Positions 8,738 through 17,340 of a stretch of 24,000 bases of DNA are shown piece by piece. Under the pieces are notes generated by a model. It was not told the origin of the DNA, did not search any database, and saw only the letters and a program-made list of their open reading frames with translations. Source of the stretch: an archaeon (GTDB lineage Archaea; Thermoproteota; Nitrososphaeria; Nitrososphaerales; CADDZS01); contig CADDZS010000008.1 of the NCBI GenBank assembly GCA_902812485.1, forward strand, positions 7,963-31,962, read 5' to 3'. Numbering within the stretch: position 1 is the stretch's first letter; each line of letters begins with the position of its first letter. The position numbers were made by a program, and so were the translations under genes.

Positions 8738-8946
8738 TTATAGATGACCACAAAAACCATTTTTTCCTTTTACGTCTAGCCACTGGTTTCAATAAACATC
8801 TGGATGAGGCCTTCTTATCTTGCTTTCTTTTTCAGCCAATCTTCATAACAAAAGGAAGTAGGCAAATTCAATCTGGATCTGGGATGGGTAAAATAGGGCA
8901 AGGCAAAGCAAAGTGCATTCCTTGACCCGCATCTGCGTATTGATTA

Positions 8947-10386
8947 TCATCTATATTTGTAGTGCCCCTCGAAGATGTCCTTTGAAAGCTCGGCCCTCTT
9001 CTTCTCCTCAGCTTCTTCCTCCTCTTCGAAGAGTACCTCCTTCTTCCTGTGCTGTATCAGTCCATGCTTACCGTACCATTTTGCTTCTATGAGATCCCTT
9101 ATGCTGTCCCTGAGTTCCTCAGAGCGGATTCTCGATATGCCAGGCTCTAGGAATCCAAGAACGATGAACTTCTTTGCTTCATCTTCAGGAACTCCCCTCG
9201 TCATCATATAGAATACCTGCTCTTCGTCTATCTGAGCGACAGATGCCGAATGAGTAGCCTTTACTTCATTTGTGCTGATTTCAAGGCCAGGAATTGCGTC
9301 GGATCTCGCATTCGGACTCAGTAAGATGCCATGACCAGCTAGGTATGCGTTGGAATTCTTTGCTTCCTTGGATATTCTGATCATTCCCTTGAAGATTGAT
9401 CTTGAACTCTCCTTCAAAACCGCGTTCGAAAGAATTCGCCCCTTCGTGTTCGGAGCCTTATGAGTGAGGTCAGATACCAAGTCAAATTTCTGGCTACCAT
9501 CTCCAAAGACAACTTCCACGACTTCGGCTCCTGACCCCTCCCTAGCAAACAAACTATCGAGTCTAGACCTAGTGACGCTTCCACCAAAGTTTCCAAGAGT
9601 CCAATTCATACTAGCATCCTTTCCACACACTGCTCTTTTGTTAGAGAGAAAGACGCATTCGTGCGAGAGATTCTGAATGTTTGAGTAGCTCACAGAAGAG
9701 TTATCCTTTAGATACACCTCGACTACTTCGCTTAGTGCGCCCCGAGTTTCACTACCGTAGCTTTCTGTGAGGAAAGTGATTTGAGAGCCCTCTTCAGCCC
9801 ATATCCAGACCTGCTCAAAATGCGGCCTTGGACTATTGAGGTAGAAACGACGCCTGAGAGGGGATTCAAGCGCGGTTTCCTTGGGAAAAGCAATCAGCCA
9901 TGCATTCGAGAATAGCGCAGAGTTCAAAGCCGCGTACTTGTCTTCCGAGGGCTTGATAGCTTTGTCTTTGAAAATCTCTTCTACCAGTTTCTGATGTTTC
10001 TCAAGAGCTTCGCTGAAATCGCAAAACACAACGCCCCTCTTTTCTAGCTCTCGAATGCTCTTGGACGCAATTGTTTCAGTCTCAGTGCTTATGTAATAGT
10101 ACCCTGATTCGATTCCTTGAGTTAGTTGGTCTATCGGAGAAGATCGCCCTTGTTCCTCAATCTTCTCCTTTCTTGCTGAAGAATTGGCAAGTGCATCGAG
10201 ATCGAGCTCAAAACTAGGCGAATATTTTGTGTACAGATTGGATTGCTCTTCTGGGAGAGTCAGATACTGCTCAAAGGCATTCAATCTGAAATTCTTCAAC
10301 CATCGAGGCTCTCCCAAAGAGCTCGAGAGCTTTTCTATTGTCTCCTCCGTAATTGCAAGAACTTGTTCAGTCAATCTTTCTAACAC
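8947..10386 (-). CDS. sufD: Fe-S cluster assembly protein SufD
   Basis: 479-aa SufB/D-fold protein lacking the SufB cysteine region, placed after sufB. GTG start. It has an acidic C-terminal tail (EEEEEAEEKKR). Confidence 0.85.
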   Translation of the reverse strand: MLERLTEQVLAITEETIEKLSSSLGEPRWLKNFRLNAFEQYLTLPEEQSNLYTKYSPSFELDLDALANSSARKEKIEEQGRSSPIDQLTQGIESGYYYISTETETIASKSIRELEKRGVVFCDFSEALEKHQKLVEEIFKDKAIKPSEDKYAALNSALFSNAWLIAFPKETALESPLRRRFYLNSPRPHFEQVWIWAEEGSQITFLTESYGSETRGALSEVVEVYLKDNSSVSYSNIQNLSHECVFLSNKRAVCGKDASMNWTLGNFGGSVTRSRLDSLFAREGSGAEVVEVVFGDGSQKFDLVSDLTHKAPNTKGRILSNAVLKESSRSIFKGMIRISKEAKNSNAYLAGHGILLSPNARSDAIPGLEISTNEVKATHSASVAQIDEEQVFYMMTRGVPEDEAKKFIVLGFLEPGISRIRSEELRDSIRDLIEAKWYGKHGLIQHRKKEVLFEEEEEAEEKKRAELSKDIFEGHYKYR

Positions 10387-10794
10387 CTGTGCAATCGCAT
10401 TATTTGTCAGAGCACTTTCTCATTTCAGAAATTAGTGATGTGCTCCTTTGTCGCAATGTTTTTCCCTTTCTTCTTGTTCTTCTCAATCAGACCGCAAGAA
10501 AATAGAGCAAATCAATAGAATAAGATCGTCAACTAGTCTTTAAAGGCTATTCACTTCAGCCGCAAAGGGGGAGAGAGAACTTTCTCTTGTCTAGAAATGA
10601 AAAGATCTAAGCTAAACCATCTCGAGCTCATTCTTTGCCACTTAATTCAACTGTATTTGCTTAAATCCTTCTACGCACATTTCCAATAAGTAGGGAGTGC
10701 GTCTTCTTACAAAAGAAATTGAATCGAAACTCGGGACTAGTTGTAAAACTCGCCGAGTTGAGAAGCTGAAAGACAAGGAGAGCCAAACTCGCTT

Positions 10795-10810
10795 CCCTCT
10801 TCAAAGAGGG
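10795..10810 (-). terminator. Perfect 6-bp hairpin (CCCTCT-TCAA-AGAGGG) 11 nt downstream of the sufB stop
   Basis: The inverted repeat was read directly from the sequence. The downstream sequence is only moderately U-rich, so a terminator role is uncertain. Confidence 0.3.
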
Positions 10811-10820
10811 AGGAATATGG

Positions 10821-12218
10821 CTAGCCAACCGAGCCGGCCATTTCAAGTTGGATGAGACGATTCAGCTCTACGGCGTATTCCATGGGAAGTTCTTTTGTAA
10901 ACGGTTCTATGAACCCCATCACTATCATATTCAACGCCTCAGACTCTGTCAATCCTCGGCTCATCAGGTAGAAAACCGCTTCTTCGCTGATCTTTCCCAC
11001 AGTTGCCTCGTGGGTTATGTTTGCTGTTTCTTCATTGATTTCATTGTAAGGATAGGTGTCAGTCCTAGAGATCTCATCCAGTATGAGGGCATCACATCTG
11101 ACAGTAGATTTCACTCCTTTTGCACCTTTTTGAACATGAAGCAGTCCTCTGTAAGTCGTCCTTCCTCCGTCCTTGCTAACGGACTTGCTCGTTATCCTCG
11201 AAGTCGTGTAAGGTGCAAGGTGAATTATCTTTGCTCCTGCATCCTGATGTTGATCCTTCCCAGCAAAGGCGATCGAAAGAACTTCTCCCTTTGCGCCTCT
11301 CCCGAGGAGATATATCGATGGATATTTCATGGTGAGCCTACTTCCAAGATTTCCGTCGACCCATTCAACAGTCGCGTTCTCGTAGGCAAACGCCCTCTTC
11401 GTTACCAAGTTGTAAACGTCCTTTGACCAGTTCTGGATTGTTGTATATCGCACCTTGGCTCCTCTTTTTGCTATGATTTCCACAACCGCAGAGTGAAGAG
11501 ATTCTGAAGAGTAAATCGGGGCGGTGCAACCCTCGATATAATGCACCTTCGAGTTTTCGTCTGCAATTATAAGTGTGCGCTCAAACTGTCCGACGTTCTT
11601 TGAATTGATTCGAAAATAGGCCTGCAGCGGAACCTCCACTTCTACTCCCGGAGGAACGTAAACAAAACTACCACCGCTCCATACTGCACTGTTCAGAGCG
11701 GCAAACTTGTTGTCGTTCGGTGGAATCACTGTGCCGAAGTACCGTTTCACAATGTCAGGATACTGCTTCACGGCCGAATCAGTGTCGAGGAAGATGACAC
11801 CCTTGCTTTCGAGGTCCTTTCTAAGAGAGTGATACACGACCTCCGATTCATATTGTGCTCCCACGCCTCCTAGGAACTTTCGTTCTGCTTCTGGTATACC
11901 CAGTTTTTCAAAAGTCCTTTTGATATTTTCAGGAACTTCGTTCCAGTCGCGACCCATTTTGTCAGTGGGCTTTGCATAATAGTAAATGTTGTCAAAGTCA
12001 ATATTCGAAAGGTCTCCTCCCCACCCTGGCATGGGCCTATTCATGAAATAATCATACGCTTTGAGTCTGAAATTTCTCATCCATTCAGGCTCATTCTTCA
12101 TTCGGGAGATTTCCTCTACTGTTGATCTGGTTAGGCCCTTCTGCGATCTGAAGACAAATGTTTCAGGATCCTTGAAATCGTAGCGGCTGTAATCTTCATT
12201 GATAATCTGTCGCGACAT
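10821..12218 (-). CDS. sufB: Fe-S cluster assembly protein SufB
   Basis: 465 aa, highly conserved SufB sequence ([15 protein letters not shown]...[17 protein letters not shown]...[11 protein letters not shown]). Confidence 0.95.
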   Translation of the reverse strand: MSRQIINEDYSRYDFKDPETFVFRSQKGLTRSTVEEISRMKNEPEWMRNFRLKAYDYFMNRPMPGWGGDLSNIDFDNIYYYAKPTDKMGRDWNEVPENIKRTFEKLGIPEAERKFLGGVGAQYESEVVYHSLRKDLESKGVIFLDTDSAVKQYPDIVKRYFGTVIPPNDNKFAALNSAVWSGGSFVYVPPGVEVEVPLQAYFRINSKNVGQFERTLIIADENSKVHYIEGCTAPIYSSESLHSAVVEIIAKRGAKVRYTTIQNWSKDVYNLVTKRAFAYENATVEWVDGNLGSRLTMKYPSIYLLGRGAKGEVLSIAFAGKDQHQDAGAKIIHLAPYTTSRITSKSVSKDGGRTTYRGLLHVQKGAKGVKSTVRCDALILDEISRTDTYPYNEINEETANITHEATVGKISEEAVFYLMSRGLTESEALNMIVMGFIEPFTKELPMEYAVELNRLIQLEMAGSVG

Positions 12219-12432
12219 GGAAAATCACTCCTTTTCTTCTCTTTCTCTCATTACTCGTGCAGAAAAATGGCCCTGGATGACATATGTCATAATTGTGGTT
12301 TTAAGGATTTCCGGACGTGCAATCCTATTTCTGCGTCCTCGAGACCACTCTGCTCAAGTCCATACCTAGATAATAGCCTATCAACACAAAAATCACTCCT
12401 TCTCTTGCTTTCTTCCTTCCTTACTTCTCTCG

Positions 12433-13245
12433 TCAGTGATTTTGCTCCGGAGCGTCAGGCATAGATGGTTGTCGCAGCTCTCCACCACCTTCTTCTACGC
12501 CTTTTATCCAACCGTATCCTTTCTCTTCGAGTTTCTGCGCAAGTTCAGCACCACCTGAAAGAGCGACCCTTCCATCCACCATCACATGAACGAAATCTGG
12601 TGTAACATATCTCAGTATCCTTTGGTAGTGTGTTATCAAGACGATTCCTCTATCAGGGCCGTGAACGCTGTTGATGCCATCGGAGACAAGTTTTAGGGCA
12701 TCTATGTCAAGCCCAGAGTCAGTTTCGTCAAGTATTGCAAATTTAGGACGCAATACTGCAAGCTGAACGACTTCGGCTTTTTTCTTTTCCCCGCCAGAAA
12801 ACCCTTCGTTGAGGTACCTTGTGGCAAAACTTCTCTCCATACCCACTAGCTCAAATTTGTCCTCGAGCAGTTTTCTAAAATCACGCACTAGCATAGGCTC
12901 GTCCTTTCTTAGTGAGTTGTATGAAATTCGAAGGAAATTGGCCAAACTCACGCCTGGTATTTCAAGCGGATACTGGAAACCCAAAAAGAGCCCCTTGAGC
13001 GCTCTTTGATTTGGAGGTAAACCAACAATGCTCTCCCCGTTAATCCTTATGTCTCCAGAGATGAATTTGTATTTGGGATGCCCCATAAGGGTGTAGGCTA
13101 AGGTACTCTTTCCAGATCCATTTGGTCCCATCACGGCGTGGATCTCACCAGTCCTCACAGTGAGAGAGACTCCCTTCAGAATCTCCTTTCCCTCGATGCC
13201 AGCATGAAGATCTATTATTTCTAATGTGTCGGCCATTCCTCTCAT
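12433..13245 (-). CDS. sufC: Fe-S cluster assembly ATPase SufC
   Basis: Walker A GPNGSGKST, ABC signature FSGGEKKK, Walker B ILDETDSGLD, H-loop ITHY. An alternative ATG lies at 13236. Confidence 0.95.
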   Translation of the reverse strand: MRGMADTLEIIDLHAGIEGKEILKGVSLTVRTGEIHAVMGPNGSGKSTLAYTLMGHPKYKFISGDIRINGESIVGLPPNQRALKGLFLGFQYPLEIPGVSLANFLRISYNSLRKDEPMLVRDFRKLLEDKFELVGMERSFATRYLNEGFSGGEKKKAEVVQLAVLRPKFAILDETDSGLDIDALKLVSDGINSVHGPDRGIVLITHYQRILRYVTPDFVHVMVDGRVALSGGAELAQKLEEKGYGWIKGVEEGGGELRQPSMPDAPEQNH

Positions 13246-13411
13246 TCTTCACCTAAAGGCTATCAAAAGCACTACAGTCCATTACAAGTCAGACAGAAAG
13301 CATTCAAAACTAGGAAGGTTTGTATTTGAGTTTCGAATCTATAGCTGCCTTTCAGCAAAAGTAAATTGAGGTAGTTCTTCCGTTATAAATCCTTCCTAGC
13401 CGCATCTTGGC

Positions 13412-14272
13412 TCAGATAAACTCATTGAAGAGCCCATCCACATCACTTTGTGAGAGGCTAGCCTTCACTGGAGGGGTGCCTGTTCGAAGCACTGGATCAA
13501 GCTCCTCATAAGTCGGCTTTGTGGTCTCATAAAAAATCCCAATCGGGATTTTTGGATCCCACTCTCTCGACTTTTCAAGCGCCATGCCGAGATCACTTGT
13601 GTCATAACCCGTGTCGTTGAGCTTGTAGACCCTCTGCCTAAAGTAGTCGTAAGTGTTTACCTTGTTCCAAGTAACACATGGGCTGAACACATCAACGAGA
13701 GCAAATCCCTTGTGTTTTATCCCCTTTTCTATGAGTTCCGCGAGGTGCTTTGGGTCTCCAGAGAATCCTCTTGCCACGTATGTCGCTCCGGAAACCAATG
13801 CAAGAGCTATTGGATTTACAGGTTCTTCGATGGTTCCCATCGGCGAAGATTTTGTCACAAAGCTCTTCTGGCTAGTAGGGGAGGCTTGACCCGTAGTCAG
13901 ACCGTATATCTGGTTGTTCATTACGATATACGTGATATCGAGGTTTCTTCTCATTGCGTGAATAAAGTGCCCCAGTCCAATCCCGTAGCCATCGCCGTCA
14001 CCACCGGTAACGACTACAGTGAGCTCTGGATTGGCAAGACGTGCCCCTGTCGCTATTGGAATTGCTCTTCCGTGAAGGCTATGAAAACCATACGCATGAA
14101 TGAAGCCCGGAAGGTTGCTAGAGCATCCGATTCCTGAAACAACAAGAAGATCTTTTGGATCGATTTCTAGATTCGCGACTGCTTGCACCAGCGCATTAAG
14201 TACACCGAAATCACCGCAGCCCGGGCACCAGTCAGGACGCGTTTCGCTCTTGTATTTAGAAAGTTCAAGCAT
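13412..14272 (-). CDS. 2-oxoacid:ferredoxin oxidoreductase, beta (TPP-binding) subunit
   Basis: 286 aa with WCPGCGDFG and GGDGDGYGIG motifs. Its start overlaps the alpha-subunit stop by 8 nt. Confidence 0.93.
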   Translation of the reverse strand: MLELSKYKSETRPDWCPGCGDFGVLNALVQAVANLEIDPKDLLVVSGIGCSSNLPGFIHAYGFHSLHGRAIPIATGARLANPELTVVVTGGDGDGYGIGLGHFIHAMRRNLDITYIVMNNQIYGLTTGQASPTSQKSFVTKSSPMGTIEEPVNPIALALVSGATYVARGFSGDPKHLAELIEKGIKHKGFALVDVFSPCVTWNKVNTYDYFRQRVYKLNDTGYDTSDLGMALEKSREWDPKIPIGIFYETTKPTYEELDPVLRTGTPPVKASLSQSDVDGLFNEFI

Positions 14273-15959
14273 TTCTTGAAGTTACCTCTCTGATCTTTCC
14301 AATGACTTCGTAAGGATAAATCGGTTCGCCATCGTACTTCAGAAGTCTGTCCTTGATTTCGAAGCCGGTTTCAGCTCTTATCAGCCTTGCGAGCTGTGCG
14401 GAATAGTTGCACTCAACATCAAGAACTTTCTTGGCCGACTTGAGCAAGGGCTCAGCCTTTTCGGCGTTAAATGGCCAAATATTTCTGAATGCGATTGCAT
14501 TCACTCGAATTCCATCAGTTTTCCCAAATGTGTCTACGACCTCGGACACAACTCCAAAGGTGGATCCCCAGCAGACGATGGTGATGTCTGCTTCTTGAGG
14601 ACCATACACTTTGGGCGGGGGCATTTGAGTTCGAGCTACCTCAAGCTTTCTCATTCTCTTATCCATCTGTTTCTTTCTCTCAGCCACATACTTTGGAATC
14701 CCTGCAAGGACATCACTTATCACGACTCCACTTTCATCATGCTCATCGCTTGCTGCGACGAAGATGGTTCCTGGATTGCCTGGAATCGCTCTTGGCGAGA
14801 TCCCAGTCTCCGTAACCCTGTATCTTAAGAAAGGTTGTTGCTGAGTCGAGTTAGCCCACTCACCTCTATCTATCAACACATCCTTGCTGAGCGAATCCAC
14901 TGTTTCGATGTGTTCGGAAAGCAAGAGATCGCTTGCGAGTATCACAGGGCACTGGAATCTCTCGGCCAAATTGAAAGCTTCTATCGTTGCATAATAAGCG
15001 TCCTCGACTGTCAGAGGAGAGAGAACGATTCGCGGGAAATCTCCTTGCGAAGCACCTAGCATCATATTCAGGTCTCCCTGTTCTGTCTTGGTCGGAAGGC
15101 CAGTGGAAGGTCCCGCTCTTTGAGATTCAACTATTACAATAGGCGTCTCTGTCATTCCCGCAAGTCCGAGTGCTTCAACCATAAGAGAGAAGCCTCCGCC
15201 GGAGGTGCCCACCATTGCCCTTACCCCGGCATGTGCAGCTCCTATTCCCATATTGATAACTGCGAGCTCATCCTCAGCTTGCTTTACAACTACTCCGCAT
15301 CGTGTTGCGTGTGCAGCCATCCAATGCAGGAGACCCGAAGCAGGTGTCATTGGATAAGCTGCGTAGAACTTGCACCCTGCCATCACCGCCCCAAGACAGA
15401 TGGCCTGATTACCAGTCATCAGCATCTTTGGTCGAGGATTAGATGGAGGTTTTGCAGTCACCTCCAGCTGTGAAAAATTCGATTTCGCGTATTCGTATCC
15501 AGACGTTGCCGCCTGAATGTTCGCAGTTATCACAGATTCTTTTTTCTTCCCAAATGTATCTCCGATGACAGTTTCGAAAACCTTGAAATCCAAGCCTAGT
15601 AAGTAAAGGGCAGCTCCGAGTGCAACTGTGTTCTGCATTATAGGATTCTTGTCAAATTTCCTCGAGATCTGACCGAGAGGCATAGGAAGGGCTCTTGCTT
15701 TCTGGCTTAGCAGGTTGCCTGAAAATTTCACTCTGTCCTTGTCGTAGATTATCACTCCTCCAGGAGAAACAAATGGTGCATGGATATCTGCCGACTCAGA
15801 GTTGAGAGCTATCAAAATGTCTACGTTATCTCCATGACTCTTGACTTTCTGTTCTGAGCCTCTTACTTGGAACCAGACATGTCCTCCTCTTATTGCCGAC
15901 TGGTAGCTATTCAACCCGTAGCAATGGAAGCCTGAGCGAGAGCATGTTCTTGCAAACAT
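14265..15959 (-). CDS. 2-oxoacid:ferredoxin oxidoreductase, fused gamma/alpha subunit. Coordinates run from the first ATG, but the true N-terminus is almost certainly further upstream, up to 16055.
   Basis: 564-aa ORF with gamma-domain and alpha-domain similarity (YAAYPMTPAS...). The in-frame sequence upstream of the ATG encodes TDFTVRIGGAAGDGVSSTGE, the conserved N-terminal glycine motif. Confidence 0.9.
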   Translation of the reverse strand: MFARTCSRSGFHCYGLNSYQSAIRGGHVWFQVRGSEQKVKSHGDNVDILIALNSESADIHAPFVSPGGVIIYDKDRVKFSGNLLSQKARALPMPLGQISRKFDKNPIMQNTVALGAALYLLGLDFKVFETVIGDTFGKKKESVITANIQAATSGYEYAKSNFSQLEVTAKPPSNPRPKMLMTGNQAICLGAVMAGCKFYAAYPMTPASGLLHWMAAHATRCGVVVKQAEDELAVINMGIGAAHAGVRAMVGTSGGGFSLMVEALGLAGMTETPIVIVESQRAGPSTGLPTKTEQGDLNMMLGASQGDFPRIVLSPLTVEDAYYATIEAFNLAERFQCPVILASDLLLSEHIETVDSLSKDVLIDRGEWANSTQQQPFLRYRVTETGISPRAIPGNPGTIFVAASDEHDESGVVISDVLAGIPKYVAERKKQMDKRMRKLEVARTQMPPPKVYGPQEADITIVCWGSTFGVVSEVVDTFGKTDGIRVNAIAFRNIWPFNAEKAEPLLKSAKKVLDVECNYSAQLARLIRAETGFEIKDRLLKYDGEPIYPYEVIGKIREVTSRNA

Positions 15960-16022
15960 CTCACCAGTTGAGGAGACCCCGTCACCTGCAGCTCCTCCGA
16001 TTCTAACAGTGAAATCTGTTCG

Positions 16023-16037
16023 AGAAGAAGAAGAAGA
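16023..16037 (-). repeat. (TCT)5 / (AGA)5 trinucleotide repeat encoding Ser5 in the upstream extension of the oxidoreductase alpha frame
   Basis: Read directly: agaagaagaagaaga on the + strand. Confidence 0.9.
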
Positions 16038-16068
16038 CGTGGTATGCGTTCGCCTCTATATTCGTGCC

Positions 16069-16077
16069 AAATATAAG
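16069..16077 (-). promoter_or_regulatory. Candidate TATA box for the oxidoreductase operon
   Basis: The minus strand reads CTTATATTT. The expected TSS about 25 nt downstream falls near 16045-16050, inside the open upstream extension of the alpha-subunit frame. Confidence 0.35.
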
Positions 16078-16461
16078 CTCTGGAAATAGCAGACCTATAA
16101 CAGTAGCTCTATCAACCTAAAATGTCGGTCTGGGGACAAGAACCAATTTTCTGCTTCTGCTTTCATGAAAAAATTGAGATTCCAAGGATAATGGTTCTCA
16201 TACCGGTACGATGCGCACTCTGAAAATATGCAACTTTGCCTTCAGGAAAGATTGTGACACCGAATTCTACGATGCTGGTGAAGGAAAAGAAGCAACCCTG
16301 CGCAGAGTTGGAAAAGAGCTAACGTCCACAAAAACATGCGCAGTAACTATTGACGAAATCCGGTGGGTGCGATGAATCAATACTGAATTATATATCTCGG
16401 GGTCGGCTATACAGTTCGCACCAGAAGACAATCCATTTCAGGGAACAGTAATATATGATCA

Positions 16462-17112
16462 TTGAAGGAGAAACTGCTCTTGCTCTCAAGCGGAACGACA
16501 AGCGAGGACACTGTGTCTCGAGCTATGGATGAAGGAGTGAGTGAGAGTCAAGAAGACAAGAAGGAGAAGAACGAGCAGGCAGAAGAATCTGTTAGCGAAA
16601 GGTTCAGAGTAGTCGTCATAAATGCTCTCCCAAATGAAGTTTTCAGCTCTCATTACGGTTTTTCGAGATTGACTGAGACCCTCAACGAAGAATCACGCAG
16701 CGGATGGATTCCCAAGCAGATCAGCACATCTTGGGCCCAGGGATATATGATCTTCACTGTAATATTGGAAAGGGAAGTTGTGGAAGATGTCAAAAGATCT
16801 GCATCAACAAACTCAGACATTGAAATAAGAGACATATCTGGCCAAGGTTCATTCCCCGTTAAGCGAAATTTTTCAGCGTCTGGATACAACTTGCTTGGGT
16901 TCGTTGCAACAACTGTCGGGATGCTGTGTGGGATTGGACTCCTCTTCTTTGGACTCGTTCGTGCACTGGCCGTATCCAACGCAATAGAAGCAGGAAGTAG
17001 TTTGTACGGGGGTTTCCTGCTTCCAGCCATTCTCGTTATCTTTGGATTAGGCCTGATTGTCTTCTGTTCATACGAGATGGGGTTCCACGTTAGATCAGAG
17101 AAAGAACAATGA
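16462..17112 (+). CDS. Hypothetical membrane protein: acidic N-terminus, DUF4177-like middle region, two C-terminal TM helices
   Basis: 216-aa ORF with a TTG start; an alternative ATG lies at 16525. TM segments are LLGFVATTVGMLCGIGLLFFGLV and GFLLPAILVIFGLGLIVFC. I recognise no family with certainty. Confidence 0.55.
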   Translation: MKEKLLLLSSGTTSEDTVSRAMDEGVSESQEDKKEKNEQAEESVSERFRVVVINALPNEVFSSHYGFSRLTETLNEESRSGWIPKQISTSWAQGYMIFTVILEREVVEDVKRSASTNSDIEIRDISGQGSFPVKRNFSASGYNLLGFVATTVGMLCGIGLLFFGLVRALAVSNAIEAGSSLYGGFLLPAILVIFGLGLIVFCSYEMGFHVRSEKEQ

Positions 17113-17340
17113 AGAAGTCGAGTTTCGGTTTAAAACTTCTGACTCAAACCAAGTCTGAACTTGATTTCTCGCAAGATTGAGAAAGCCTACAGTTGTTCTT
17201 ACGTCACGAGTCCCTCTTTTTACTTCAAAATATTTCCGCTAACCTGCATGCATCCCAATAAGTCGATGCGGAAAGTAATTTATTCTCGGCTCAATTTAGG
17301 AATTCTTAATGCCGCTGTAACAAGAATCGCTGGCTACTGT

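Noticed and set aside
8843-8932. 29-codon hydrophobic sORF (MRVKECTLLCLALFYPSQIQIEFAYFLLL) in the sufD-sufS spacer
   Set aside because: It has no SD-like sequence or promoter geometry, and its composition is typical of a random A/T-rich spacer translation. I cannot support it from sequence alone.
10848-11426. 192-aa + strand ORF inside sufB
   Set aside because: It is antisense to a highly conserved SufB sequence and has no motifs of its own.
13712-14137. 141-aa + strand ORF (and the 78-aa ORF at 13653..13889) inside the oxidoreductase beta gene
   Set aside because: Both are antisense shadow ORFs. The minus frame carries the TPP-binding motifs.
16371-16390. Possible C/D-box sRNA (GATGAA ... 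CTGA), and other TGATGA occurrences at 341, 7079 and 23251
   Set aside because: The spacing between the box-like elements is only about 6 nt, and no matching C'/D' pair or terminal stem is present. The other TGATGA hits lie inside coding regions.
16653-17030. 125-aa minus-strand ORF opposite the hypothetical membrane protein
   Set aside because: It is shorter than the + strand ORF, Pro/Ser-rich, and lacks the clean TM helices seen in the + frame. I kept the + strand call, though only at moderate confidence.
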